Shown one piece after another: positions 1 through 9,164 of a DNA stretch of 32,790 bases (the stretch's first letter is position 1; each line of letters opens with the position of its first letter). Made by a program: the position numbers and the translations under genes. The DNA is from an uncultured Clostridiaceae bacterium (GTDB lineage Bacteria; Bacillota; Clostridia; Peptostreptococcales; T1SED10-28), in contig CAZTIJ010000001.1 of assembly GCA_964613365.1 (NCBI GenBank), forward strand, positions 1-32,790, written 5' to 3'. Under the pieces are notes generated by a model. The model ran no database searches. It saw nothing but the letters and a program-made list of their open reading frames with translations, and had not been told where the DNA came from.

Positions 1-29
1 TTTTACAAAACCTTCTTTCCCCCAGGGAC

Positions 30-3000
30 TTAGGCCCGGGATTCCAGGGTTTGAAGAATCTCCTGCAAATCCTTTAATAAATCGTAGGGGGCTTTGCCCT
101 CGGGTTTGTAGAGAAAATAAAAATCCCTTTGTCCGTGAAAGCTCAGTATCCATTTATAGCGGTGAAGGAGTTCCCCGATGGTTTCCGGGTTCAGCTTCGT
201 ATCCCGGCGGAATTTCAGCTTGATCTGCTTGTCCCCTCCGGTGATGCTCTCGAGATTCAAGGTTTTGCCCAGGGCCTTCAAATAGGCGATCAGCATCAGA
301 TGCCGGACCACCATGGGCAGGTCCCCGAAACGGTCCTCCACTTCCTCTTCCACGCTATAGAGATGCTCTCGGTTTTCGATGGAGACGATTTTTTTATAGA
401 TCTCGATCTTATGGCCTTCGTTTTCAATATAGTCCTTGGGGATGTAGGCATCCACGGGAATTTCGATCAGGGTTTCCGGTTTCTCCTCCACGGGGGCTTC
501 TCCTTTTTGTTTCGTCAGGGCTTCGGAGAGCATCTTCACATAGAGGTCGTAGCCCACGGCGGCAATATGGCCGTGCTGCTGGGCTCCGAGGATATTCCCC
601 GCCCCCCGGATCTCCAGATCCCGCATGGCGATTTTAAAGCCGGAGCCGAACTCCGTAAACTCCTTGACGGCCTTCAGCCGTTTATCCGCCACCTCGGAGA
701 GGACTTTGTTGCGCTCATACATCAAATAGGCGTAGCCCTGTTTGTTGGTGCGGCCCACCCGGCCCCTGAGCTGATAGAGCTGAGACAGCCCCAGGCGGTC
801 GGCGTTTTTGATGATGATGGTATTGACGTTTTGAATGTCCAGGCCGGTTTCGATGATGGTGGTGCAGACCAGCACGTCGATCTCTCCGTGGTAATAGGCC
901 ATCATCAGCTTTTCCAGTTTCCCTTCGGCCATCTGGCCGTGGGCCACTTCCACCCGGGCCTCGGGCAGCAGTTCCTGGACTTTTCGAGCCTCGGAGTAAA
1001 TGGTATCCACCCGGTTGTAGACCACATAGACCTGGCCCTCCCGTTCCAACTCCCGGGACACGGCATCGGCCACAAGGGCTTCGTTCTCCGGCGTGACATA
1101 GGTCTCCACCGGGGAGCGTTCCTCCGGCGGATCCTCAATCACACTGATGTCCCGAATACCGATCATGGACATATGCAGGGTTCGGGGGATGGGGGTGGCG
1201 GTCAGGGTCAGCACGTCCACGTTTTCCTTCAGGCTTTTGAGCTTCTCCTTATGTTTGACTCCGAAGCGCTGCTCCTCGTCCACCACCAGGAGGCCCAGAT
1301 CCTTAAACCTTAAATCCTTCGATAAAATCCGGTGGGTGCCCACCACGAGATCCACGGTGCCCGCCCGAAGGTCCTCAAGGATTTTCCGTTGTTCCTTGGC
1401 ACTTTTGAATCGGCTGAGCATTTCCACTTTCACCGGGAAGGTCTCGAAACGTTCCTTGAAGTTGTTAAAATGCTGTTGGGCCAGGATCGTGGTGGGGACC
1501 AAAAAGGCCACCTGTTTTCCGTCCAGCACCGCTTTAAAGGCGGCACGGATGGCCACTTCCGTCTTGCCGTAGCCCACATCTCCGCAAAGAAGGCGGTCCA
1601 TGGGCCGCTGTTTTTCCATATCCCTTTTTACCTCTTCAATGGATGTTAACTGGTCCGGGGTCTCCTCGTAGGGAAAGAGGTCCTCGAACTGCTGCTGCCA
1701 CTGGGAGTCCTGGGAAAACCCGTAGCCCTTGGCCTGCTCCCGCTTGGCGTATAGCTCAATCAAGTCCTCGGCAATATCCTCCACGGCCCGTTGCACCTTC
1801 TGTTTCTGCTTGGTCCATTCGGCGCCCCCCAGTTTGCTGAGCTTCGGCGGTTTGTCATCGTCGCCGACGTACTTTTGAATCAGATGCATCTGGTCCGTGG
1901 GTACGTATAAATGGTCGGTGCCGATGTATTTGATCTTCAAATAGTCTTTTTTGACCCCGGCCACGTCCAGCTCCTCAATGCCTAAATACTTGCCCACTCC
2001 GTGGTTTTCATGGACCACATAATCCCCCACGTTCAGGTCCACATAGCTTTTCAGGGTTTCGGTGTCGCTGTCCCGGCGCTTCTTTCGCTTTTTCTTTTGC
2101 TTATGGACCCCGTAGATCTCCAGGTCCGTGAGAATGATGTATTTGTGATCGAGGTATTCAAATCCCCGGCCCACACTGCCTTCCAGGATCAGCACTTCTC
2201 CGGTTTGGATATCGCCTCTGGGAGAGACCACCATTTCCCCGAAGACCCCCCGTTCCCGAAGGAGATCCAGAAGCCGCAGGGCCCGTTCCTTGCTTCCCGG
2301 AAGGAGCAGGGTCTTATACCCTTTTTGCCTAAGACGGATGATCTCTTTGACCAGACGCTCCATTTGTCCGGCGAAGGAGGGGGCTTGGCGGGTGATGAAG
2401 TTCACGATGCTTTTGGGATTGAAATCCCGGTGTACCTTGGGCAGCAGGCTGTAGTTTACCAAGGAAAAGCGTTGCAGCCGCTCCAGGATGTCCGGGTAGG
2501 GAAACAGGAGCTCCCCCTGTTTCGGCAGCACCTCTCCCTTTTCCAAAAGATTTTGAAAACTTTCGGCGAATTCCGTATTCCGGCCGTGGCTCCGGTCCCG
2601 AAGACGGTTGGGCTCGTCCAGGATCACCAGAGCGTCTTCGTCCAGATAATCCAACAGGCAGCAGGGATGGTCATAGATATAGGGCAGATATTCCCTCAGC
2701 CCCGAGACATCCTGCTGATTTTCCAATCGATCCACCAGGTGCAGGGTTTTTTCCTCCAGGTTTTCAAAGGCGGCCTCTGCCAGGGGTTTTTTCATTTTCC
2801 AAAGATCCTTTTTCAGCTTCTCCCCCACGGCCTTCAGGTTCTCCCGCTCCACCAACAGGGTATCCGCGGGATAGATGGTGACCTTTTGCACCTTGTCAAT
2901 GGACTTTTGGGTGCCCCGGTCAAAGGACCGGATGGAGTCCACTTCGTCGTCGAAGAGCTCGATTCGGTAGGGGTCCTCCTCGGACAGGGGATAGACATCG

Positions 3001-3644
3001 ATGATCCCGCCCCGTAGGCTGAACTCCCCGGGGTACTCCACCCGCTGGGTACGTTCATAACCTTGGGCAATGAAGGTCTCCAACACCCGTTCCAAATCCA
3101 CGGTCTCTGCCACGGCAAAGGGCTGGACCAGGCTTTCGAACCGGGATTTCGGCGGCAGCTTCAACAGCAGGGATTCCACCGACAGCACCACAGTGTCCAC
3201 CTCTTTTCGAAGGAGCTTTTCCAGGATCTCGATTCGCCGGTTCTCCCGCTTCCTATCGGAGGCCTCGGTTTCGTAGAACATGATTTCCCGATTCTCAAAC
3301 AGGGCGGCCCTTTCCCCCCGGTAAAACTTCAGATCCTCATAGATGCTGAGGGCTTCCTTTTCCGTGTAGGTGATGATTATGGTTTGCCCGGCCTTTTGGG
3401 CCTTGCCGATGCCGTAGGCCATATGGGCCTTCTGGCCGTCGGTGAGTCCCTGGAGCAACACCGGGGTCCGGCCCTTTTCAATATGCTCCGTCAGCTCCTG
3501 AAACTTCCCGGATTTCAGCAGCGGTGCCAAGAGCAGCTGCTCTTTGATTTTCGCCGGATCTTCCAGGTGGTTCTTTTCTGTTTTATTTTCTTTTTTTTCC
3601 TGATTTTGCTGATTTTTCGGATCCATAGTATCCATTTTTTTCAC
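30..3644 (-). CDS. mfd: Transcription-repair coupling factor Mfd
   Basis: 1204 aa. UvrB-homology region (RGGIIDVYP), CarD/RID domain (GDYVVHENHGVGKY), helicase motifs GDVGYGKT, DEEQRFG, TATPIPRT, QLRGRVGR, and a C-terminal TRCF domain. Exact start uncertain (GTG 3644 or a nearby in-frame ATG). Confidence 0.98.
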   Translation of the reverse strand: MKKMDTMDPKNQQNQEKKENKTEKNHLEDPAKIKEQLLLAPLLKSGKFQELTEHIEKGRTPVLLQGLTDGQKAHMAYGIGKAQKAGQTIIITYTEKEALSIYEDLKFYRGERAALFENREIMFYETEASDRKRENRRIEILEKLLRKEVDTVVLSVESLLLKLPPKSRFESLVQPFAVAETVDLERVLETFIAQGYERTQRVEYPGEFSLRGGIIDVYPLSEEDPYRIELFDDEVDSIRSFDRGTQKSIDKVQKVTIYPADTLLVERENLKAVGEKLKKDLWKMKKPLAEAAFENLEEKTLHLVDRLENQQDVSGLREYLPYIYDHPCCLLDYLDEDALVILDEPNRLRDRSHGRNTEFAESFQNLLEKGEVLPKQGELLFPYPDILERLQRFSLVNYSLLPKVHRDFNPKSIVNFITRQAPSFAGQMERLVKEIIRLRQKGYKTLLLPGSKERALRLLDLLRERGVFGEMVVSPRGDIQTGEVLILEGSVGRGFEYLDHKYIILTDLEIYGVHKQKKKRKKRRDSDTETLKSYVDLNVGDYVVHENHGVGKYLGIEELDVAGVKKDYLKIKYIGTDHLYVPTDQMHLIQKYVGDDDKPPKLSKLGGAEWTKQKQKVQRAVEDIAEDLIELYAKREQAKGYGFSQDSQWQQQFEDLFPYEETPDQLTSIEEVKRDMEKQRPMDRLLCGDVGYGKTEVAIRAAFKAVLDGKQVAFLVPTTILAQQHFNNFKERFETFPVKVEMLSRFKSAKEQRKILEDLRAGTVDLVVGTHRILSKDLRFKDLGLLVVDEEQRFGVKHKEKLKSLKENVDVLTLTATPIPRTLHMSMIGIRDISVIEDPPEERSPVETYVTPENEALVADAVSRELEREGQVYVVYNRVDTIYSEARKVQELLPEARVEVAHGQMAEGKLEKLMMAYYHGEIDVLVCTTIIETGLDIQNVNTIIIKNADRLGLSQLYQLRGRVGRTNKQGYAYLMYERNKVLSEVADKRLKAVKEFTEFGSGFKIAMRDLEIRGAGNILGAQQHGHIAAVGYDLYVKMLSEALTKQKGEAPVEEKPETLIEIPVDAYIPKDYIENEGHKIEIYKKIVSIENREHLYSVEEEVEDRFGDLPMVVRHLMLIAYLKALGKTLNLESITGGDKQIKLKFRRDTKLNPETIGELLHRYKWILSFHGQRDFYFLYKPEGKAPYDLLKDLQEILQTLESRA

Positions 3645-3647
3645 GAC

Positions 3648-4277
3648 CTAACCGTTGTACGTATTCATGGCAATGTCCAGACTTTCCGACACGATGGTTT
3701 TCGCCGCCATGGAGGCTTTTTCAATGGTGTCCGCCACATCCCGTTTTTCCTCTTCGGGAAAGGGGGACAGGACAAAGGAGGCCAGGTCCCGGCCCTGGGG
3801 CCGGCCTACGCCGATGCGGATTCTGGGAAATCCGTCGTCCCCCAGCAGTCGGAGGATGTTGCGCATTCCGTTGTGGCTGCCGCCGCTGCCTTTTTTTCGT
3901 ATCCTGAGCTTTCCCGGTGCCAAGTCTATATCATCGTAAATCACCACCAGGTTCTCCATGGGGATTTTATAGAAGTTGATCAGTTCCTGGACGGATTCCC
4001 CGCTTTTGTTCATATAGGTCTGGGGCTTTGCCAGCACCACTTTTTTCCCGGCGATCCGTCCCTCTCCCACCAGGGCCTTATGCTTGATTTTGGTGATTTG
4101 AATGTCGGTGTCCATGGCCAGGGTGTCCAGGGCCAGAAAGCCCACGTTGTGCCGGGTGGTGGCGTATTTCTTCCCGGGGTTTCCCAGGCCCACGATCACA
4201 TAGGTCTCGCCGCCCTCACCGGGGGCCGCCGGCTTATCCTTTTCAATTTTACGAAACAGTTCCATTATTTTTTCCAT
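3648..4277 (-). CDS. pth: Peptidyl-tRNA hydrolase with ~24 aa N-terminal extension
   Basis: IVGLGNPG..Y..TRHNVGF, KPQTYMNKSG, DDIDL, GSGGSHNG, RIRIGVG. RBS GAGGA upstream of ATG 4277. Confidence 0.97.
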   Translation of the reverse strand: MEKIMELFRKIEKDKPAAPGEGGETYVIVGLGNPGKKYATTRHNVGFLALDTLAMDTDIQITKIKHKALVGEGRIAGKKVVLAKPQTYMNKSGESVQELINFYKIPMENLVVIYDDIDLAPGKLRIRKKGSGGSHNGMRNILRLLGDDGFPRIRIGVGRPQGRDLASFVLSPFPEEEKRDVADTIEKASMAAKTIVSESLDIAMNTYNG

Positions 4278-4296
4278 CGGTGATTCCTCGCTTTTT

Positions 4297-4372
4297 TGTA
4301 CCAGGGGGTCGGACCCTGTGGTACACTTTTTTTGCCTGCCGGTGTACCACAGGGTCTGACCCCCCGGTACAC
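4297..4372. repeat. REP-like palindrome doublet in inverted orientation (REPIN-like)
   Basis: 4297-4326 TGTACCAGGGGGTCGGACCCTGTGGTACAC and 4342-4372 GTGTACCACAGGGTCTGACCCCCCGGTACAC. Each is an imperfect palindrome. The two are reverse complements with 2 mismatches in ~30 nt and a 15-nt spacer. A third copy lies at 10606-10646. Confidence 0.85.
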
Positions 4373-4403
4373 TTTTTGAGTACTTTACAAAAAACAGATG
4401 TAA

Positions 4404-4425
4404 GGGCAGATTATCCTATCTGCCC
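4404..4425 (-). terminator. Hairpin downstream of prs, possible weak intrinsic terminator
   Basis: GGGCAGAT-N6-ATCTGCCC stem. The U-tract on the minus strand is interrupted. Confidence 0.4.
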
Positions 4426-4461
4426 ATGGATTCTATTGAATTTATTCCGGGGTGTGTCCTT

Positions 4462-5409
4462 TTAGTCAAACAGCTTCGATACCGACTTGTTGTCGTGGAT
4501 TCTTCGAATGGCCTTGCCGAAGATTTTGGATACGGATACGGAGCTGATCTTTGCCGACTGCTTCTCTTTTCCCAGGGGCACGGTGTCGGTGACCACCAGG
4601 TTTTCAATGGAGGAATTGTTGATCCGCTCCAGGGCCGGTCCCGAAAGGATGGGATGGGTGCAGCAGGCCTGTACGGACTTCGCTCCGAATTCCTTTAAGG
4701 CGTTGGCGGCCTGGGTGATGGTTCCCGCGGTGTCGATCAGGTCGTCCACGATGATCACGTTTTTCCCTTCCACTTCTCCGATGATGTTCATCACTTCGGA
4801 AACATTGGCCTTGGGCCGTCGTTTATCAATGATGGCAATGGGGGCGTCCATCAGGTTGGCGAAGTTTCTCGCCCGGGTTACGCTTCCCATGTCCGGGGAT
4901 ACGATGACCAGGTCTTCCATGTTCTGCTTTTTAAAGTGCTCCGCTAAAATCGGAACCCCCAACAGATGATCCACGGGGATGTCGAAATACCCTTGAATCT
5001 GAGAGGCGTGAAGATCCATGCTGAGCACCCGGTCGGCCCCGGCTTCGGTCAACAGATTGGCCACCAGCTTGGCGGTGATGGGATCCCGGGCCTTGGCTTT
5101 TCGGTCCTGTCGGGCATAGCCGTAATAAGGAAGCACGGCGGTGATTCTTCCGGCGGAGGCCCGTCGAAGGGCATCGATCATAATCAGAAGCTCCATTAAA
5201 TTATCGTTCACCGGGGGGTTGGTGGATTGTACCACGAATACGTCCACCCCTCGGACGGTCTCTTTGATGTTTACGTAGATCTCTCCATCACTGAAGGTGG
5301 AAACGTAGGCGTTCCCCAGGGTTACCCCGGCAAATTCCGCAATCTTTTCTGCCAGTTGCGGATTGGAGTTCCCTGCAAAGACTTTAATTTCAGTACCGGC
5401 GGTGTTCAT
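4462..5409 (-). CDS. prs: Ribose-phosphate pyrophosphokinase
   Basis: [31 protein letters not shown]-binding [10 protein letters not shown]. Lies directly after glmU. Confidence 0.98.
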   Translation of the reverse strand: MNTAGTEIKVFAGNSNPQLAEKIAEFAGVTLGNAYVSTFSDGEIYVNIKETVRGVDVFVVQSTNPPVNDNLMELLIMIDALRRASAGRITAVLPYYGYARQDRKAKARDPITAKLVANLLTEAGADRVLSMDLHASQIQGYFDIPVDHLLGVPILAEHFKKQNMEDLVIVSPDMGSVTRARNFANLMDAPIAIIDKRRPKANVSEVMNIIGEVEGKNVIIVDDLIDTAGTITQAANALKEFGAKSVQACCTHPILSGPALERINNSSIENLVVTDTVPLGKEKQSAKISSVSVSKIFGKAIRRIHDNKSVSKLFD

Positions 5410-5411
5410 TA

Positions 5412-6791
5412 TTACAATTCCTCCTTAAGGTTTTTAAATTTTTTCTTAACCCAACCATCTATGTTACGCTGCTCTCCCCGTTCAATGGCAAGAGCGCCCT
5501 TGGGCACTTCCTTGGTGATATTGGAGCCGCAGGCGATGTAGCCGTACTCCTCCACGGTAACCGGTGCTACGATATTGGCGTTGCTGCCCACGAAGGCATG
5601 GTCCTTAATGGTGCTTCGGTGTTTGTGTTCTCCGTCGTAGTTGACAAAGATCACGCCGCAGCCGATGTTTACGTGTTTGCCGATGTCGGCGTCGCCGATG
5701 TAGGCCAGGTGGGAGGCCTTGGAGTCGTCTCCGATGACGGCGTTTTTCACCTCCACAAAATCCCCGATTTTCACCCGTTTGCCCAGGGTGCTTTTCGGTC
5801 GCAGGTAGGCGTAGGGGCCGATCATGGAGCCGGCTCCCACGATGGCGTCTTTGATCGTGGAGTTTTCCACGGTGACCTTATCGTCTATTTGGCTGTTCTC
5901 AATGACGGAGTTGGCCATCAGGGTCACTTCCTCGCCGATGACGGTCTTGCCCTTTAACATGACCCCGGGCTCGATCACGGTGTCCCGGCCGATGATCACG
6001 TCCCCTTCAATATAAGTGTTTTCCGGATTGATGACGGTGACGCCCTTTTCCATATGTTTCTCGATGATCCTGCGGTTCATGATCTTTTGCACTTCCGCCA
6101 GCTGTACCCGGGAATTCACCGCCATAATATCCTCAAAGTCGTCGGTGATATAGGCCCCGACTTTTTTGCCTTCCTGTCTCAGGATTCCCAGAATATCGGT
6201 TAAGTAGTACTCTCCCTGGGCGTTGTTGTTGTCCAGTTTCGGCAGGGTGTTTTTCAGTTCCCTGGAATCGAAGCAGTAGATGCCGGAGTTGATTTCCTTG
6301 ATTTGGCGCTCTTCATCCTTTGCATCCCGCTCTTCGACGATGCCCTTTAACAGCCCTTTTTCGTCTCGGACGATCCGTCCGTACCCGAAGGGTTCCTCCA
6401 GCTCGGCGGTAAGGACCGTGGCCTGATGGCCCTCCCGGCTATGGTAGGCCATGAGTTTGTCCAGGGTCTCTCCCCGGATCAGGGGAGCGTCGCCGTAAAG
6501 GACCAGGGTAATGCCCTCTTCCTGAATTTCATCCACGGCCACCATCACCGCATGGCCCGTGCCCAGCTGCTCTTTTTGCACCACGGTGCCCACGTTTTCC
6601 GGAAGGCTTTCCCGAACCATGTCCGCTCCCTTTCCGATCACCACCGTACTTTGGGCCACCATGGACTTCCGTCCGTTGTCCAGCACATGCTGCAACATGG
6701 ATTTTCCCGAAACCCGATGAAGTACCTTGGGAATTTTGGATTTCATCCGGGTTCCCTGTCCCGCTGCCAAAATAATTGCCTGTATCGCCAT
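5412..6791 (-). CDS. glmU: Bifunctional UDP-GlcNAc pyrophosphorylase/glucosamine-1-P acetyltransferase
   Basis: [31 protein letters not shown], hexapeptide repeats, NYDG. Start set at ATG 6791 behind a GAGGTG RBS rather than at 6851. Confidence 0.97.
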   Translation of the reverse strand: MAIQAIILAAGQGTRMKSKIPKVLHRVSGKSMLQHVLDNGRKSMVAQSTVVIGKGADMVRESLPENVGTVVQKEQLGTGHAVMVAVDEIQEEGITLVLYGDAPLIRGETLDKLMAYHSREGHQATVLTAELEEPFGYGRIVRDEKGLLKGIVEERDAKDEERQIKEINSGIYCFDSRELKNTLPKLDNNNAQGEYYLTDILGILRQEGKKVGAYITDDFEDIMAVNSRVQLAEVQKIMNRRIIEKHMEKGVTVINPENTYIEGDVIIGRDTVIEPGVMLKGKTVIGEEVTLMANSVIENSQIDDKVTVENSTIKDAIVGAGSMIGPYAYLRPKSTLGKRVKIGDFVEVKNAVIGDDSKASHLAYIGDADIGKHVNIGCGVIFVNYDGEHKHRSTIKDHAFVGSNANIVAPVTVEEYGYIACGSNITKEVPKGALAIERGEQRNIDGWVKKKFKNLKEEL

Positions 6792-6806
6792 TGCGCTCAC
6801 CTCGTA

Positions 6807-6848
6807 ATTTTCATTTTGATTTTGATTCTGATTCTGATTTTGATTTTG
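6807..6848. repeat. Hexamer tandem repeat (ATTYTG)x7 just upstream of the glmU RBS
   Basis: attttc attttg attttg attctg attctg attttg attttg. Reads as (QN)n in the glmU frame. Confidence 0.9.
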
Positions 6849-7002
6849 CATTTGAACTTTCCCCAGACTCCCGTCGGGGTCCGCCGATGTATGGACGCCC
6901 CTTTATGGAAGGGGCTTTGGTATTTTATTTTTCCTCATCCTGTACTAGTCTATTACATTTTATCAGATTAATGAAGGGTTTTGCGGAAAAAAAGCAAAAA
7001 AG

Positions 7003-7028
7003 AAAAAAGAAAGCCCTGGGGCTTTCTT
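7003..7028 (-). terminator. Intrinsic terminator of spoVG
   Basis: AAGAAAGCC/GGCTTTCTT stem overlapping the stop codon, followed by long U-tracts on the minus strand. Confidence 0.75.
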
Positions 7029-7359
7029 ATTCCGGTGTTTCCTCCACGGGGTCCTCCTCGGATCCCACCGCCTCGGCCCTGGCTTCCGCTTCGGCGGCTT
7101 CCTGGGCTTCCAGCTCTTCATACCTGGCGAAAATGGCTTCCTGAATCATTCCCCGGGTGTCGGAATTGATTGGGTGTGCGATATCCCGAAAATCCCCCTC
7201 TCCCATTTTCCGGCTGGGCATCGCGATAAAGGGCCCGTTCTGGCCTTCGATGATTTTGATGTCATGAACCACGAACTGATCATCAAAGGTCACCGAAACC
7301 ACTGCCTTCATCTTCCCCTCCGAGGTAATTTTCCGAATCCGTACGTCTGTTACTTTCAT
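7027..7359 (-). CDS. spoVG: SpoVG RNA-binding regulator with acidic C-terminal tail
   Basis: [54 protein letters not shown] upstream of ATG 7359. Confidence 0.96.
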   Translation of the reverse strand: MKVTDVRIRKITSEGKMKAVVSVTFDDQFVVHDIKIIEGQNGPFIAMPSRKMGEGDFRDIAHPINSDTRGMIQEAIFARYEELEAQEAAEAEARAEAVGSEEDPVEETPE

Positions 7360-7437
7360 CCTTTTACCACCTTCCTTATGCAAAAATATTTTTGAGATGA
7401 ATATGGATTAAGACAAAAATTTACCATATACCTAAGT

Positions 7438-7464
7438 ATTCTACATAAATCAGGAAAATCCTTC
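7438..7464 (-). promoter_or_regulatory. SigH-type promoter of spoVG
   Basis: Minus strand gaAGGAttttcctgatttatgtaGAAT = AGGA-N17-GAAT, the architecture of the B. subtilis sigH-dependent spoVG promoter. Confidence 0.75.
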
Positions 7465-7475
7465 TTTCCCGATGA

Positions 7476-7490
7476 AATTTTCTGAATTAT
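7476..7490. promoter_or_regulatory. Candidate CodY box between the divergent spoVG and DUF4870 promoters
   Basis: AATTTTCTGAATTAT versus consensus AATTTTCWGAAAATT (3 mismatches). Confidence 0.4.
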
Positions 7491-7512
7491 TTCCTTTTTT
7501 TCCTGTTTGCCT

Positions 7513-7537
7513 GTTTCAGAGGCCCCGTTCAGGGTAA
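7513..7537 (+). promoter_or_regulatory. SigB-like promoter for the DUF4870 gene
   Basis: GTTTCA-N13-GGGTAA, matching the GTTTww-N12-14-GGGWAW consensus. Confidence 0.45.
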
Positions 7538-7607
7538 GAATGATTAATAACTAATAATTTTTATCACTCATCAGAGATCGGGAATCCCCATAAAGGAGGT
7601 GTACTCT

Positions 7608-8030
7608 ATGGCAGAGCAAAAAAAAGAAGCCCTTCATGAAGAGACGGAAAAAACATCGACGGAACAGGACTCCAATGTACGGGAAATCAACACCGGCAAT
7701 AAACAGCAGGAAGAAAAGACGACCTATTCCCCCGAGGACATTGAGAAGAACAAAGTGATTGCGGCCTTAGCCTATTTGATCTTCTTTTTACCCTTACTGG
7801 CTGCACAGGATTCCGCTTACGGAAGATTCCATGCGAATCAAGGACTTTTACTGTTCATCCTGGGTTTTGGCGGTAACACGATTTTAACGATCATTCCGAT
7901 CCTCGGTTGGATCATCATTCCTTTCTTCTCGTTGTTTGTCATGATCCTGGCGATCATGGGTATCGTCAACGCCATCAACGGAAAGACCAAAGAACTGCCT
8001 CTGATCGGTAAGTATCGTATTTTGAAGTAA
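7608..8030 (+). CDS. DUF4870/Tic20-like membrane protein
   Basis: EDIEKNK..AALAY..F..P..S.Y.RFHANQGL, ~3 TM segments, C-terminal LPLIG. RBS AAGGAGGT 7 nt before ATG 7608. Confidence 0.8.
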   Translation: MAEQKKEALHEETEKTSTEQDSNVREINTGNKQQEEKTTYSPEDIEKNKVIAALAYLIFFLPLLAAQDSAYGRFHANQGLLLFILGFGGNTILTIIPILGWIIIPFFSLFVMILAIMGIVNAINGKTKELPLIGKYRILK

Positions 8031-8103
8031 GTACTCTGTAACTTTGCGAGCCCCAAACCAAGCCCTCTATCTCCCTTTTCCTCCGGCTTGGTTGACCCTA
8101 TTG

Positions 8104-8159
8104 AAAATCCCCGAAAACCGGGGGCATTATGCCCCCGGGCTTTCGGGGATTGTTTTTTT
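8104..8159. terminator. Bidirectional terminator between the DUF4870 gene and purR
   Basis: Compound hairpin AATCCCCGAAA-CCGGGGGCAT/ATGCCCCCGG-TTTCGGGGATT with flanking A/T tracts, between convergent genes. Confidence 0.75.
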
Positions 8160-8163
8160 CCGG

Positions 8164-8997
8164 TTATTCCTCCCGGTCCTTTTCCAACACATCGGGATTG
8201 GGATAGATCTTAACCTCTCCGGTCTCCTCGATCACCTCTTCCAAAATCAATAGAGGAATATAGTCCTTTACTTTCTTTTGAGCCGGGGTGGTGGTTTCCA
8301 CCAGAACACCGATGCCCTGGACTTCGGCGTCAAACTCCTTCATCATGTCCTCCATCCCCTTGGCGGTGCCGCCGCCTTTCATAAAGTCGTCGATGATCAC
8401 CACCCTGGCCTTGGATTTCATGGCCCTGCGGGAAAGACTCATCCGCTCGATTTTCCCCGTGGACCCCGAGATATAGTTGATGCTTACCGTGGATCCGTCG
8501 GTGACCTTGCTCTCCCTACGGATAATTACCAGGGGCTTGTTCAGGGCCCTGGCGGTCATAAAGGCCAGGGGAATTCCTTTGGTTTCCACGGTGACCACAT
8601 AGTCCGGGTCCATGGGTTGAAACTTCGTGGCAAAAATATTGGCCACCCCCTCCACCAGCCGGGTGGAGTACATAATATCGGGCATGTACAAAAATCCTCC
8701 GGAGATGATGCGCTGGGGGTCCTGTAATTTTTCCGTAATTTCCTGTAAAATCCTTTCCGTGTACTCCCGGGAGGCTTGGGGAATATACTTGACCCCCCCT
8801 GCGGCGCCGGCCACGGTTTTGATCTTTCCCTCCCGGGCTTTTTCCAGGGCATTTTTGATGATCACCAGGTCTTCACTGACACTGGATTTCGCGGCGTTCA
8901 GCCGCTTGGAAAAATAGCTGAGGGTAAGAATTTCATTGGGGTGTTCCAATAGTTCCTTCATAATGCGGCTTACTCGTTCACTGCGTTTAAATTTCAT
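8164..8997 (-). CDS. purR: Pur operon repressor (Bacillus-type PurR)
   Basis: MKFKRSER winged-helix N-terminus, AKSSVSEDL, GAAGGVKY, PRT motif IIDDFMKGGGT. Confidence 0.96.
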   Translation of the reverse strand: MKFKRSERVSRIMKELLEHPNEILTLSYFSKRLNAAKSSVSEDLVIIKNALEKAREGKIKTVAGAAGGVKYIPQASREYTERILQEITEKLQDPQRIISGGFLYMPDIMYSTRLVEGVANIFATKFQPMDPDYVVTVETKGIPLAFMTARALNKPLVIIRRESKVTDGSTVSINYISGSTGKIERMSLSRRAMKSKARVVIIDDFMKGGGTAKGMEDMMKEFDAEVQGIGVLVETTTPAQKKVKDYIPLLILEEVIEETGEVKIYPNPDVLEKDREE

Positions 8998-9009
8998 CCC
9001 TGCCTCCTT

Positions 9010-9067
9010 AAATCCGAATGTTTTCTGCGTTGATTTTCATTTTATTCGTTTATTCCCGAAAAAGCAA
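9010..9067 (-). promoter_or_regulatory. purR sigA promoter overlapped by an inverted PurBox pair (autoregulation)
   Basis: AAATCCGAAT (9010-9019) N24 ATTCG (9044-9048) fits the GAAC-N24-GTTC PurR motif. Minus-strand TTGCTT (9067-9062)-N17-TAAAAT (9044-9039). Confidence 0.7.
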
Positions 9068-9164
9068 CCGCTTCCTTGGATATTTTTAGGTTTTTCATTT
9101 ATCTTTTTTATGGTATCATACAGTAAGACCGTACAGGAAGCATTGAAACCAAAGGAGCGAGATT

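Noticed and set aside
129-4283. Long plus-strand ORFs (129-1313, 2001-3017, 3063-4283) opposite mfd/pth
   Set aside because: Antisense shadows produced by codon bias of the real genes. No RBS or recognisable motifs.
4297-4372. Possible mini-CRISPR (two ~30-nt palindromic repeats)
   Set aside because: The copies match best in inverted orientation, the spacer is only 15 nt, and there are no cas genes or leader.
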